DNA from: Escherichia phage vB_Eco_ZCEC15
Sequence record: PQ871103.1
Direction: 5' to 3' (one strand)
Length of the DNA: 64,000 bases
The first letter of the stretch is position 1; each line of letters starts with the position of its first letter. Below are positions 28,947 to 38,767 of the stretch, one piece after another. Below the pieces are notes generated by a model. It worked only from the letters and a program-made list of their open reading frames with translations. It was not told the origin of the DNA and did not search any database. Made by a program: the position numbers and the translations under genes.

Positions 28947-29872
28947 TTCAATACCTCAATAGCATTACGTAAACCATTTGCTTTTGCATTAAGAGCTTTT
29001 AACAATTTGGTGTGTTCGGCAATCTGGGCTTCAACTTCAATTAAACGAGCATTGAGATATTCACGTTCTTCGCTCAGGTTATCAACCTTTTCTACTTTAG
29101 GTTCTTTTACAGCTGTCTTATATGTATTAGGGTTCTTCAGTTTAATTAGAATGCGTGAACTGTATAACATTGAACCATTATCTTCGGTTTCGTCATACAT
29201 TTCTACTACGTCCATGATTTTTAACATCATGCGGAGTTTATAAGACAACGAACGAATAGTTTTGTTGTGCTTATTAATTTCTCTAGAGTTCATGGTGCCG
29301 AGATTACGTGAGTAATAATAAGGAACCTGGATATTAATTAGCACTGATGAACCACCTGGCTTATGTGTTACTTCATCAGCAATAACCCAGTCCTTAACAT
29401 GAACTGTATTTGTACGGTCATCACCAGCAGTAAATAGTTTGCGAGCATGCTTAAAAAGCATATTCACTTGGGTATTGAATTGACAAGCAAATTGACAAGC
29501 AAATTTAGTTTCAGGAATGGTAGATAACCAATCAGCCAAATGGGTCTTTTTAACATCGTTAACAATAGTAAATTTAACCAAATCGGTTATAGATGTCGTA
29601 GATTTAATGAAGCTCGGCTTCATAAAGTTTTTAATGTTATCGCGAGCTACAGTAGAAGATAACATACGAGAACGTTTAAACCATTCAAGCAAATTGCCTA
29701 ACGAATGAGAATAAGCGTTTTGAGTATCTTTACAGATATGATTTTCCTGGCCAACATATTGAAGGAAATCACGAAGAATATTATTGATTACTGCTCTGTG
29801 TCCGATATTATAATTACGGTGTTTAGTAATAAGGCTGTCAAAATAATCAATATAATGTTTACGAGTTTTCAT
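28943..29872 (-). CDS. hypothetical protein, 309 aa, C-terminal coiled coil (paralogue family member 1)
   Basis: ORF track; C-terminal heptad-like region. Confidence 0.6.
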   Translation of the reverse strand: MKTRKHYIDYFDSLITKHRNYNIGHRAVINNILRDFLQYVGQENHICKDTQNAYSHSLGNLLEWFKRSRMLSSTVARDNIKNFMKPSFIKSTTSITDLVKFTIVNDVKKTHLADWLSTIPETKFACQFACQFNTQVNMLFKHARKLFTAGDDRTNTVHVKDWVIADEVTHKPGGSSVLINIQVPYYYSRNLGTMNSREINKHNKTIRSLSYKLRMMLKIMDVVEMYDETEDNGSMLYSSRILIKLKNPNTYKTAVKEPKVEKVDNLSEEREYLNARLIEVEAQIAEHTKLLKALNAKANGLRNAIEVLK

Positions 29873-29924
29873 GTTCTTCTCACTTGGTTAATGATTTATA
29901 CTCCGAGCCATCCTTGGCTTTAAA

Positions 29925-30926
29925 TTACTTAATTAACTGTAAAGCTTGTTCAAGACGATCCAGGCGATTAACAGATTCTTCCCAAATCCTTTTAGCTTGC
30001 TCATATTCTTTCTGCGCTTTATTAGAAATTTCTAGAACTTCTTTATAAGCTTTTTCTAATGCAATAACTTCTGGACGAATTTCTACCGGTTCAGGTGAAT
30101 CGTCAAGACATTCCATTAGTTCCTCAAGGGTAGTTTCTTCTTTAGGAGTATTCACAATTTCTTCACATTTTTGTTGATAAATTTCTTTATCAGTCGGTGA
30201 GTACGCACACTTTACTTCACGGAGACTAACTACAATTTTATATCCTTCCCAACCGCATATATTCTTAAAAGGATAAGTATGAATATTTTCTACTGTTTCC
30301 ATACAAAGTAATGCGGTCTCTAACTGACGAGTTATATCGCTAGCAATTGAGAAAAATTTATTAATGTTCTTTTGATTAGCTTCTGGTGTAAAAAATTCAT
30401 AATTCACAAAAATAGCTGCTTTATTTTTATCAAGTTCATATTCTTTTATGATAATCATATCAGAAGCCCAAGGATGAATTTGACGATAATCGCCATAGCA
30501 TAATTTAGAAGCTGATTTTAGAATTTGCTTTTTGAAAAGTCTGAAATTACTAATCCAACGACGAGTAAAAATATTCTTAGTGTCTTCTTTATTATTAAGA
30601 TGATATGAATTAACATCACCGAACCAATTATATCCTACTACATCTTTAGTTCGTTTAATTTCTTTCCCAAATTTACCGAGAATATCTTGGTTAACTAAAT
30701 ATGAAAGAAGACGAGAACCTTTGAAGGTTTCCTTAATATCATCTTTATATTCGCGACTAGAAATTTTATGAACTTCATGAATAAATTTGTTGGAAGAGAC
30801 AATACTTGCATCAGTATTATTGAGCCATTGATTGATAATGGAAATAACACTATTCTGACTAGACACAGGTTTAACTTTATCATCAATAACGCTATTGAAT
30901 GATTTGATATATTCGTTACGAGTCAT
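29925..30926 (-). CDS. hypothetical protein, about 333 aa from Met18, C-terminal coiled coil (paralogue 2)
   Basis: GAGGAG SD before ATG at 30926; motif RRWISNFRLFKKQILKSASKL shared with next ORF. Confidence 0.6.
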   Translation of the reverse strand: MTRNEYIKSFNSVIDDKVKPVSSQNSVISIINQWLNNTDASIVSSNKFIHEVHKISSREYKDDIKETFKGSRLLSYLVNQDILGKFGKEIKRTKDVVGYNWFGDVNSYHLNNKEDTKNIFTRRWISNFRLFKKQILKSASKLCYGDYRQIHPWASDMIIIKEYELDKNKAAIFVNYEFFTPEANQKNINKFFSIASDITRQLETALLCMETVENIHTYPFKNICGWEGYKIVVSLREVKCAYSPTDKEIYQQKCEEIVNTPKEETTLEELMECLDDSPEPVEIRPEVIALEKAYKEVLEISNKAQKEYEQAKRIWEESVNRLDRLEQALQLIK

Positions 30927-30983
30927 ATTAATCTCCTCAGTAGAAAGTAAGAACATTATACCACATCCTTGTGGCAAAGTAAA

Positions 30984-32006
30984 CTAGTTTAGTGCATTTA
31001 GTGCATTGTTCAGTTTAGAACGTTGCTTCGTAAGATTTTTGACTTTTTCTTGAGCTTTTTCTAGCATCTTTTCAGCTTCTAACACTTCATTAGTTGCTTT
31101 AACGAGTTCATCATCTACTGCCTTGATAGACTTCTCAATCGCATCCGCATGCCATTTTTCAACAGGTTTAAGACTCGGATTTTCAACAGGAAGAAAATTC
31201 ACTTTATTGAATTTCCATGCATCTTTATTACTTGAACTATACATCCAAAATTTAGGATCGTTTGATGAGTAATTGGATAAATTTAAGTTATCTTGCACTT
31301 CCTGCTTTTTCTCTTGTGGGACTTCGTCCTTTCTCAAAAAACCGTATTTAAATGAAACGATCATATCAAGTTCATACGTTGTTGTATGTTCCCAATTTCG
31401 CTCAAAATGAGGTAAAATCTTAGACTGAACAGCGGCAACAACATCCATATACTTAAATGCTTCTGTCAACTGTGATTTAAGGCATTCGCAAATTGAAAGA
31501 GAATTTTTTGTATTAGGTTTAAAGCTAATTCGCGCAGTTCTGTTATTTTCTTTTAATGGTCTTACTTCCATCTGAAGAGTATAACCATCAAATTTCAGGT
31601 TCTTTAAGTTAATGTCAGAACCTTTTAATCGACTAGCCGTCGACAAAATTTGCTTTAATTGTTTACGGAATAGAGCAATAAATCTCCATTCAAGACGGTA
31701 ATGATTTGGATTGAAAAATCCAGATGATAAATCGACCTTACTTTGGCCAACACCTTGAACAAATAGAGGATTTTTATAATCAATAGTTTTACAGAAATCA
31801 GTGAGCTGCTCACGAGCCGTCATTTGTGTAATATATCCTGCTTGGTTAAAATTGCGCACCCATTCACTGCTGTTCAGATGTTTAAAGGCATGAATGGAAC
31901 AATTAACTTTACCAAGGTCTAAATTATTTTCACACAAAAACGTCATAGCATCACGAGTATAGCTGGCATTACGAACCATATCTTCAATTTGAGAACGAGT
32001 TTTCAT
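30984..32006 (-). CDS. hypothetical protein, 340 aa, C-terminal coiled coil (paralogue 3)
   Basis: Motif RLEWRFIALFRKQLKQILSTASRL shared with previous ORF. Confidence 0.6.
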   Translation of the reverse strand: MKTRSQIEDMVRNASYTRDAMTFLCENNLDLGKVNCSIHAFKHLNSSEWVRNFNQAGYITQMTAREQLTDFCKTIDYKNPLFVQGVGQSKVDLSSGFFNPNHYRLEWRFIALFRKQLKQILSTASRLKGSDINLKNLKFDGYTLQMEVRPLKENNRTARISFKPNTKNSLSICECLKSQLTEAFKYMDVVAAVQSKILPHFERNWEHTTTYELDMIVSFKYGFLRKDEVPQEKKQEVQDNLNLSNYSSNDPKFWMYSSSNKDAWKFNKVNFLPVENPSLKPVEKWHADAIEKSIKAVDDELVKATNEVLEAEKMLEKAQEKVKNLTKQRSKLNNALNALN

Positions 32007-32014
32007 GGTATTCC

Positions 32015-32926
32015 TTAAGATTTAAGTAAATCGACAATTTTAATTAACTTTTCACGCTCAGATTTAGCTTTACTACTCAGTCCAGATAGTCTGAAAATTT
32101 CATCATCATATTGTTGAATAGAAATATTCAGCTCTTCAATCTGTTTATTAAAATAATCAATTTGTTCAGAATGTTTTTCGTTACTACGAACTGATACAGG
32201 TTTCGTAGGCAATGTAGTTGAACTGGATTCATCCGGGCGATAAATTAAAATACAACTTGAACCAATAGGGCATTTTGCACCAGATGAATATTCTAATGTT
32301 CCAGCTTCTTTTAAAACTTCAAAAGCTAAACAGAGATGATGCCCCATATTGACATAATCTGTAGAGCGAGCTCTGATATAATAATCATCTCCACGAATAC
32401 TAAATTTAAAGCATTTAAGGTCTTCTGTATTATTGGTCTTAAAAATCATTTGTTTATCTAGACCTTTAGCTAATCGAGCGCCTAATGCTAATAATCGTCT
32501 TTGATTTTCCCACAAATCCGCAATCATTTGATCGAATGATAATTTTGGCATTAGTCGACCATAAAGGTCATATCCTTTATTATAATTACGAAGGATTTCA
32601 CTCGCGTTAATACGAGACAATGCTCCAATTTTATTAAGGGCTTTCATAATGCGATTAGATAAACTCATTCCAGATCCGTTTGTTCGCTGCAAATGTTTTT
32701 CTAATCCAAATCCAATATCAACTTTAAACTTATCTAAAATTTCTGCATGAACATCTCTGTCAATAACATTCAAATCCAAAGTTGGGTTAAATCTATGAAA
32801 AAATTTATCCGGCTCTCCACGGCGAAATACAGTCCATTCATTCATCATTTTTTTATTAACTAAAGATTTAATTACTGCATTGACATTATTAATTACTACT
32901 GACATATTTTCCTCACTCAATTTCAA
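32015..32926 (-). CDS. hypothetical protein, 303 aa, C-terminal coiled coil (paralogue 4)
   Basis: ORF track. Confidence 0.6.
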   Translation of the reverse strand: MKLSEENMSVVINNVNAVIKSLVNKKMMNEWTVFRRGEPDKFFHRFNPTLDLNVIDRDVHAEILDKFKVDIGFGLEKHLQRTNGSGMSLSNRIMKALNKIGALSRINASEILRNYNKGYDLYGRLMPKLSFDQMIADLWENQRRLLALGARLAKGLDKQMIFKTNNTEDLKCFKFSIRGDDYYIRARSTDYVNMGHHLCLAFEVLKEAGTLEYSSGAKCPIGSSCILIYRPDESSSTTLPTKPVSVRSNEKHSEQIDYFNKQIEELNISIQQYDDEIFRLSGLSSKAKSEREKLIKIVDLLKS

Positions 32927-33320
32927 TTTTACTAAATATACAGAATAAGATGGAACAGACTATATAAGCACCACACACAGATTGAACTAATACCATTCCA
33001 AAGAACCAAACAATATTATCAAACAATGTCTGTTTTACGTCGAAAGGACGTAAACTTACAGTAATATTATCACCTTTTTCTATTGAAGAATACATCTCTG
33101 GGGAAATATATTCACTAAATCTATAACCGTCTTTTAGTTCATATACGGCAATAAACGATAAACTAGACCCTTTTCCTTGTGTTCCTGTAATGGTATTAAC
33201 TACAGTAACATCATAATCTTTATAATGCATATAATCATTAATTGCGTAATAACCATATGCAACTACTACACATAAACAACATATCAATAAATTCAATCTT
33301 TTAATTATCAACTGTTTCAT
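32913..33320 (-). CDS. membrane protein, 135 aa
   Basis: Two hydrophobic helices. Confidence 0.55.
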   Translation of the reverse strand: MKQLIIKRLNLLICCLCVVVAYGYYAINDYMHYKDYDVTVVNTITGTQGKGSSLSFIAVYELKDGYRFSEYISPEMYSSIEKGDNITVSLRPFDVKQTLFDNIVWFFGMVLVQSVCGAYIVCSILFCIFSKIEIE

Positions 33321-33375
33321 AATAATCTCAATTAAAAGGGCTTAGAACCATTATACCATCCTTGGTATAAAGCGG

Positions 33376-33903
33376 TTATGCGAGTACCGTCTTTAACCGT
33401 TCTTCAAACTTCCGAAGAGTATTTTGGCGTTCAGCTCTTTGCTTTTTGTAAGTTTCAATACGCTCTGAAATGAGAGTGTATCGTTCATTTACTGATTCTT
33501 TCATAAAATCAGGAATTTCACGAGAAGCTTTAATCTCGTCAAATTTATCAATAACAGCTTGCTCTTCAGCAATTAAGTTATCATACATTAAAATATCTTT
33601 CTTGATGAACTCAATATCTTCTTGAGTTACACGAGATAATTTAGATGCTTTATCCTTTTTGTACTGTTCGTTAGTATCACGAGACCAGTGTAATGTACGA
33701 TTTTTATTCGTATTCTTGTAAATTTCTACAATACCGATCTCATCAATAATAACGATCCAATTCCAACGGGATTTGTAAATTTGTCCTCCATCAACAGTGA
33801 TTTCACCTCCGATTGAGATGTCATTAAAGAACTTGCTTTGTGCCTCAGATTTAAATTTACCATCGTTGTAATTTACCAAGTTGAAAATATCTTTAGCGTT
33901 CAT
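33376..33903 (-). CDS. hypothetical protein, 175 aa
   Basis: ORF track; early promoter module and SD upstream. Confidence 0.6.
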   Translation of the reverse strand: MNAKDIFNLVNYNDGKFKSEAQSKFFNDISIGGEITVDGGQIYKSRWNWIVIIDEIGIVEIYKNTNKNRTLHWSRDTNEQYKKDKASKLSRVTQEDIEFIKKDILMYDNLIAEEQAVIDKFDEIKASREIPDFMKESVNERYTLISERIETYKKQRAERQNTLRKFEERLKTVLA

Positions 33904-33931
33904 TTTGTGTTCCTCCGTAGTTGATAGTTGT

Positions 33932-33960
33932 ATAGTACCACAGAGGAACAGTCTTGTAAA
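33932..33960 (-). promoter_or_regulatory. early promoter module (copy of 7742..7771 type)
   Basis: tatagtacca...tgtaaa on plus strand. Confidence 0.5.
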
Positions 33961-33963
33961 CCA

Positions 33964-34278
33964 CTAAAAGAAACTTCTTTCACAATTTTTTCCACTGAAC
34001 CATGCACTTACCGCTTTCTTGGTCTCAGGAGCAGTGTTATCCATAAACCATTCAAAGGCAGCCTTTTTGTGATTCTGGAGGGCTTCTCGGGCTTTAATCT
34101 GCTCACGGTCTATTAACACTAACATATGAGCCTTTCTTGTCACCATGGGCTTCTTATGATTTTTTGAATACTCCCAGTCATTTGTCCATCGCATTGTCGT
34201 TGCAAACTGAAATACTGCTTCTTTAATTTTAGTTTCGTAAATTTCACGAGCCTTTGAGTATAACATCATTACCTCCAT
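33964..34278 (-). CDS. hypothetical protein, 104 aa
   Basis: ORF track. Confidence 0.5.
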   Translation of the reverse strand: MEVMMLYSKAREIYETKIKEAVFQFATTMRWTNDWEYSKNHKKPMVTRKAHMLVLIDREQIKAREALQNHKKAAFEWFMDNTAPETKKAVSAWFSGKNCERSFF

Positions 34279-34367
34279 TCACCAGTTTAATTCTAGTCAT
34301 CTTTTTAATGGCAGTCCATATAATCTATTTCTGAACTGCCTTTTTGTTATAGAAGTCCTCTTATGAA

Positions 34368-35354
34368 TTATTTCAGAAGAGTAACCTCAGCGATTTCTTC
34401 CCAACCGTTTTTGTCGGTCATAATAAAGTCAGCAAGATAAAGAGCAGTACGCAGTGAAACATTGCGTAAACGATTAACATTAACTTTCATCCATGATAAT
34501 GCTTTATAAGTTTCTTCATCAGAAAGACCACGCTTTTGCATCATGTCAGTTGAAAGAATAACATCTTCAACCCTGACCATAATTTCTTCATTAGTGTGAA
34601 CACCCAAATCTAAATAAACCGAGCGGGACACTAATGCTTGTAAATGTGGAGCAAGTTTAGTACCACGGTCTAATTCGCGGTCAATGTCAACGTTTGTGAT
34701 AAAAACAATCGTTCCTTTAAATTCAAACTCACGCTCAATGCCTTTTTCTTCTAAGTAAGAAGACGCAGTGCTCCAGCAGACTTTACGGGTCTCTCCAGTG
34801 TCCAGAGCGGCTTTTAGAAGATTAAGAATGTCCATATCAGAGAAAACATCCACATCATCAATCAAAAGGACAGAATTCTCTTCACGATTATTCCAAAGCT
34901 GCTCATAAAGACCAATACCAGAGATTTTACCATTAATGCTTTTATATTCAATGTATCCAATATCATTTGCTTTATTTAAAGCTTTATCTAAAGAATACGT
35001 TTTACCAATACCTGCTGCACCAGAGATAATCAATGAACGAATATTTCCATTAATAATACCATTCGTCATCATTCCCATAACATTAAATCTTTTATTAATG
35101 CGGGTTTTCATATCTTCATATGATTCTTTAACTTCTTCAACTTTTACACCATCATATGAAATATCTGATTTGTAAACCCAAACACCGCGACGTTTACCGT
35201 CAATTTCAACAAAAACTTTACCATCTCCTTGTGCATCTACCGGAGCATTATCTGGGAACCATTCGCCTAAGAGCTCAAAAGTTCCAGAGATTTCTTTACC
35301 GAAGTAGATACCCTTATTGATAGTTACAGTTTTCATTTTATTCTCCAATTTCAC
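34368..35354 (-). CDS. P-loop NTPase, 328 aa (Walker A GAAGIGKT, Walker B LLIDDVD)
   Basis: Motifs read directly from translation. Confidence 0.65.
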   Translation of the reverse strand: MKLENKMKTVTINKGIYFGKEISGTFELLGEWFPDNAPVDAQGDGKVFVEIDGKRRGVWVYKSDISYDGVKVEEVKESYEDMKTRINKRFNVMGMMTNGIINGNIRSLIISGAAGIGKTYSLDKALNKANDIGYIEYKSINGKISGIGLYEQLWNNREENSVLLIDDVDVFSDMDILNLLKAALDTGETRKVCWSTASSYLEEKGIEREFEFKGTIVFITNVDIDRELDRGTKLAPHLQALVSRSVYLDLGVHTNEEIMVRVEDVILSTDMMQKRGLSDEETYKALSWMKVNVNRLRNVSLRTALYLADFIMTDKNGWEEIAEVTLLK

Positions 35355-35405
35355 ATTTGTTTTGATAGGGTAATAGTATCACACTACTACCCTACTGTAA
35401 ACAAT

Positions 35406-35669
35406 TTATTTTAGTGTTTGCCAAATTTTTACTGCTTCGCGACGAGATACTTCTACAGCTCCAAGTTCTACGGCTTTTTGACGTCGGCGAGCATGTAAGT
35501 CATAATGTTTAATGCGTTTATCTTGAAACCAAGAACGTTTCATTCCTATTGCTTCTGCCATTTCATGGAGCTCTTCAATATCTCCATCAGTGAACATATG
35601 ACAATTTTTAGTTAGATGACCGCGAAGTTTCCATCCATGATTCATTAAAACATCTACGTAAACTGTCAT
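35406..35669 (-). CDS. small protein, 87 aa, DUF4031-like
   Basis: Motif pattern GMKRSWFQ...HYDL...GA resembles the DUF4031 family as I recall it; stop overlaps upstream gene by 4 nt. Confidence 0.5.
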   Translation of the reverse strand: MTVYVDVLMNHGWKLRGHLTKNCHMFTDGDIEELHEMAEAIGMKRSWFQDKRIKHYDLHARRRQKAVELGAVEVSRREAVKIWQTLK

Positions 35670-36859
35670 TGATTCTGCTCCAAATATGTTTCTATAATTT
35701 TCTGAGCGAGATAAACTGCGTTATCTTCAGTTGCATCTTCTAAGAAATTTTCAAAATAAGCTGAAATTTCTTCTGTGTCAATCAACTTTTTTACTTCAAT
35801 TAACGTAGTTTTCATTTTATTCCCCAAATCCGTATCAGTTGATAGTTGTATAGTACCATATCGGTGGTTTTCAAGATAAACCCTCTCAAGGAAGTCATCC
35901 CAGAACCCCATGTCTACTTTTTGCTGCATACCGTTCTTAGAAGCTTCAATGGATGCTGCTTCTACTTGATCGACCACATCTTCCAAAAACTCTTGAACCG
36001 TTTTAAATGGATGTTTACCCAGCTTCACGTCGAGAATAAATGAAGCATCTTGAAGTGGATAGACCAAGTCACCAGTTTTGTAAATTTCCAATAGTTGGAG
36101 TCCACCACGACAAGCATGACTCAGGGCTTTCCAGTCAATGCCCTCATTCGCCTCAGCCTTACGAGCACGTTCGCCGTATTCAGCATCTAATTTGTTCAGT
36201 GACTGCTTAAGCTCAATAAGAGAAAGCGTTGTCTGATATTTACGACCCAACACCGTATAGAATGTTTGTGGGCCTGTTTTCTCATGATTATGGAATACCC
36301 ATTCACAGAATTCGTTTTCTGGAAGACGATGCTTAATATCTTCTACCTTAGTCCGACGTAAACGATCTGGAATGCCTTCTTGATAATCAACCCATTGTTC
36401 AGGAATCTGGTTAACAATTTCCAATACACCACGCAGTGCAGCCAATCGAGAACCCTTAACGCCGTATTTAGAAGCTTGCTTGCGAACATATCCTAAATAG
36501 GATTTCATGTTAGTCGTATAAAAACGAGAACGATTGTCTTGAACAAATTTCCATACATCAGGCAAATCAGATTTAACTACCAGTTCAGGTGGAGTGTGGA
36601 GCATATCCAATGCTACAGTTTCACCATCTGCTGCTAATTTAAAGAAATACTTAAGACTGTATAGTTCATGGTCAATATCATCTTTAGTGTTTTTAGATGA
36701 TGTGCTGTTAGTGTTTTTACTCATATGCTCTTTAACATTTCCGATAAGAATATCACGAGCAGGAGGAACAAAGATTTCTTTAAAATCTACATCAGATTCT
36801 GGAGTAGAAGTTCCATAAAGATGACTACCAAAATAGCTTTTCATTACTGTTTTCATCAT
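35666..36859 (-). CDS. Pol-beta-superfamily nucleotidyltransferase-like protein, 397 aa
   Basis: N-terminal GS-x8-DVD motif (YFGSHLYGTSTPESDVDF) typical of minimal nucleotidyltransferases. Confidence 0.6.
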   Translation of the reverse strand: MMKTVMKSYFGSHLYGTSTPESDVDFKEIFVPPARDILIGNVKEHMSKNTNSTSSKNTKDDIDHELYSLKYFFKLAADGETVALDMLHTPPELVVKSDLPDVWKFVQDNRSRFYTTNMKSYLGYVRKQASKYGVKGSRLAALRGVLEIVNQIPEQWVDYQEGIPDRLRRTKVEDIKHRLPENEFCEWVFHNHEKTGPQTFYTVLGRKYQTTLSLIELKQSLNKLDAEYGERARKAEANEGIDWKALSHACRGGLQLLEIYKTGDLVYPLQDASFILDVKLGKHPFKTVQEFLEDVVDQVEAASIEASKNGMQQKVDMGFWDDFLERVYLENHRYGTIQLSTDTDLGNKMKTTLIEVKKLIDTEEISAYFENFLEDATEDNAVYLAQKIIETYLEQNQ

Positions 36860-37341
36860 TCAGCCTTATATTCAATAACAGGACATACTTTAGCTTTATG
36901 CGCTTTTAAAAATTCGACGATAATAGATTTCTTGGGTTGAATAGGCTCAAGTCCATTTTTGATTCGTTCTTCGTTTTGTACAATGAGCTCAATTTCTTTA
37001 TTGAGCTTTCGGTCGTTATATTTGTCTAACAACCAGGAAGGACCAATTACCGCCCCGACAGCAATAAGAACCATGACCGATAATGCTAAAATGCCTATAC
37101 CAATTGAAGCTGGAATTAATGTCCATAGACTACTAAAGACAAAGAATTTAATTAAAATTTCTTGGCCAATTATTGCAGCACCTGTTAAAGTTGCAAATCC
37201 AACAATTGAAACCGCTAATACCGGGAGAAACGTTTTCCAAAAATAAGCACATAACGTTTTTGGACGATTCCATGTGCTGTTAAATGCCGAGTAAATTTTA
37301 AAGTGCCAAGAGTTTTCATTAATAATCATAATTATAATCAT
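36856..37341 (-). CDS. membrane protein, 161 aa
   Basis: Three to four hydrophobic helices. Confidence 0.6.
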   Translation of the reverse strand: MIIIMIINENSWHFKIYSAFNSTWNRPKTLCAYFWKTFLPVLAVSIVGFATLTGAAIIGQEILIKFFVFSSLWTLIPASIGIGILALSVMVLIAVGAVIGPSWLLDKYNDRKLNKEIELIVQNEERIKNGLEPIQPKKSIIVEFLKAHKAKVCPVIEYKAE

Positions 37342-37859
37342 CCTTTCATTGAAGGTGTAACAGTTGTTAAATACTTAATCATAGCTTCAGCTTCTGATTT
37401 TGATAATGAAATTTCTCCATTGTTTTGACGAATAGAAATAAAATCCGGATGACGGTCACCACCAGCTTTTAAAACACACATATAAGTATCAGTTTCATCT
37501 TCAATATCTGAAATGATTGAAGCAGTTCCACATGAATGTGGTTTTTGATAAATCAATACAGCTTTTCTTCCACCGTTTGACTGTTCATAAACTTTTAACA
37601 CATCAAACAAATCGCTTCTTTTATCAATAGCTAAGATGTTGTTTTCATCTTCAATATTAAATCCTTCGGATACTTCATAAAGTGTCACCCATAAATCACC
37701 AATATCAATAACAGCGTTCACTTTTCCATGACTTTCAAGAGCATTACAAATTTTCTTAATTTCATCATAACTCATTTTAATAATATCATCTCCTTGAATA
37801 AGGAAGATGTCATTTTTAAATTCAACACGAATTAAACCACTTCCACTTGAAATAAACAT
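37338..37859 (-). CDS. hypothetical protein, 173 aa (tandem paralogue A)
   Basis: C-terminus SKSEAEAMIKYLTTVTP resembles next ORF. Confidence 0.55.
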   Translation of the reverse strand: MFISSGSGLIRVEFKNDIFLIQGDDIIKMSYDEIKKICNALESHGKVNAVIDIGDLWVTLYEVSEGFNIEDENNILAIDKRSDLFDVLKVYEQSNGGRKAVLIYQKPHSCGTASIISDIEDETDTYMCVLKAGGDRHPDFISIRQNNGEISLSKSEAEAMIKYLTTVTPSMKG

Positions 37860-37865
37860 ATTTCC

Positions 37866-38420
37866 TCACTTTGAAATCATAGTTGGAATGACAGAATCAA
37901 GATAAGTCTTTAGCGCAATAGCTTCGTCTTTGGTAAATGTGACAATATGTGCTCGAGAATCATCAATTTGGCGAACAAGTACGACATCACCATCTTCATA
38001 AGAAGTTTTGACATCCAAAGTCGTAGTATAGTTTGCAGCTACTGGATTAATAATGCTAGCACTGCGATCTTTAGCCCATTGAAGTTTAGCCTTTTCGGAT
38101 GTTTCGGCTGATTCAGATTCCAAGAATTCTTTCACCTTAACAACGAATGTTGCCCAATTATCGATAGAAAGACACGCAAGTTCAGTTTCAATATTACCAC
38201 CGTGAGTGCCACGATAAAAACGAACTTGGAGGTCGCCTGTGATATTAGTTACACTGGTAACTCCTGAGGGAGTATAAGATAAAATCGCAGCTAGTTCCAT
38301 AGGAAGAATAGTAATACTATCGTCTTCCTGTGTCAGAACGTATGCATTACCACGTTTTTCGATAACTAGATCACCGAACAAATCAGTTGTTTCAATTACA
38401 GCTTTCATATTATTTACCAA
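37866..38420 (-). CDS. hypothetical protein, 184 aa (tandem paralogue B)
   Basis: C-terminus TKDEAIALKTYLDSVIP resembles previous ORF. Confidence 0.55.
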   Translation of the reverse strand: MVNNMKAVIETTDLFGDLVIEKRGNAYVLTQEDDSITILPMELAAILSYTPSGVTSVTNITGDLQVRFYRGTHGGNIETELACLSIDNWATFVVKVKEFLESESAETSEKAKLQWAKDRSASIINPVAANYTTTLDVKTSYEDGDVVLVRQIDDSRAHIVTFTKDEAIALKTYLDSVIPTMISK

Positions 38421-38604
38421 TTAAAGTTTCAATATAAGAATCAAGATGTACTTTAGCTTCTTCCATAAGAGTTTTGTATTTAATCTTAATCTTATTAGCA
38501 TGTCTGGAGAAAGCTGATTCTTCATCAATAACTGTTGATGCATGAACAGCTTTACTATAAATCTCAATTAATTCTCTTAACTCAAAAGCTTGTTCATTTG
38601 TCAT
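38410..38604 (-). CDS. hypothetical protein, 64 aa
   Basis: ORF track. Confidence 0.45.
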   Translation of the reverse strand: MTNEQAFELRELIEIYSKAVHASTVIDEESAFSRHANKIKIKYKTLMEEAKVHLDSYIETLIGK

Positions 38605-38767
38605 TACATGCTCCTTTGAATAATATCAATAATGTTGTTCACCAGATTATAAGTAAACATTGGGTAATTATATTGAATCATCACATACACAACAAACAAA
38701 ACTTTCATTCTCTTCTCCTTGGAAGTTGACAAGATTACTATATCATAACCTTGCCAACTTGTAAACC

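Noticed and set aside
35666-36859. Interpreting the 397-aa NTase as a CD-NTase (CBASS cyclase) or as a tRNA CCA-adding enzyme
   Set aside because: Only the generic GS...DxD nucleotidyltransferase signature is visible; nothing in the sequence supports a specific subfamily, so it is left as a Pol-beta-superfamily NTase.
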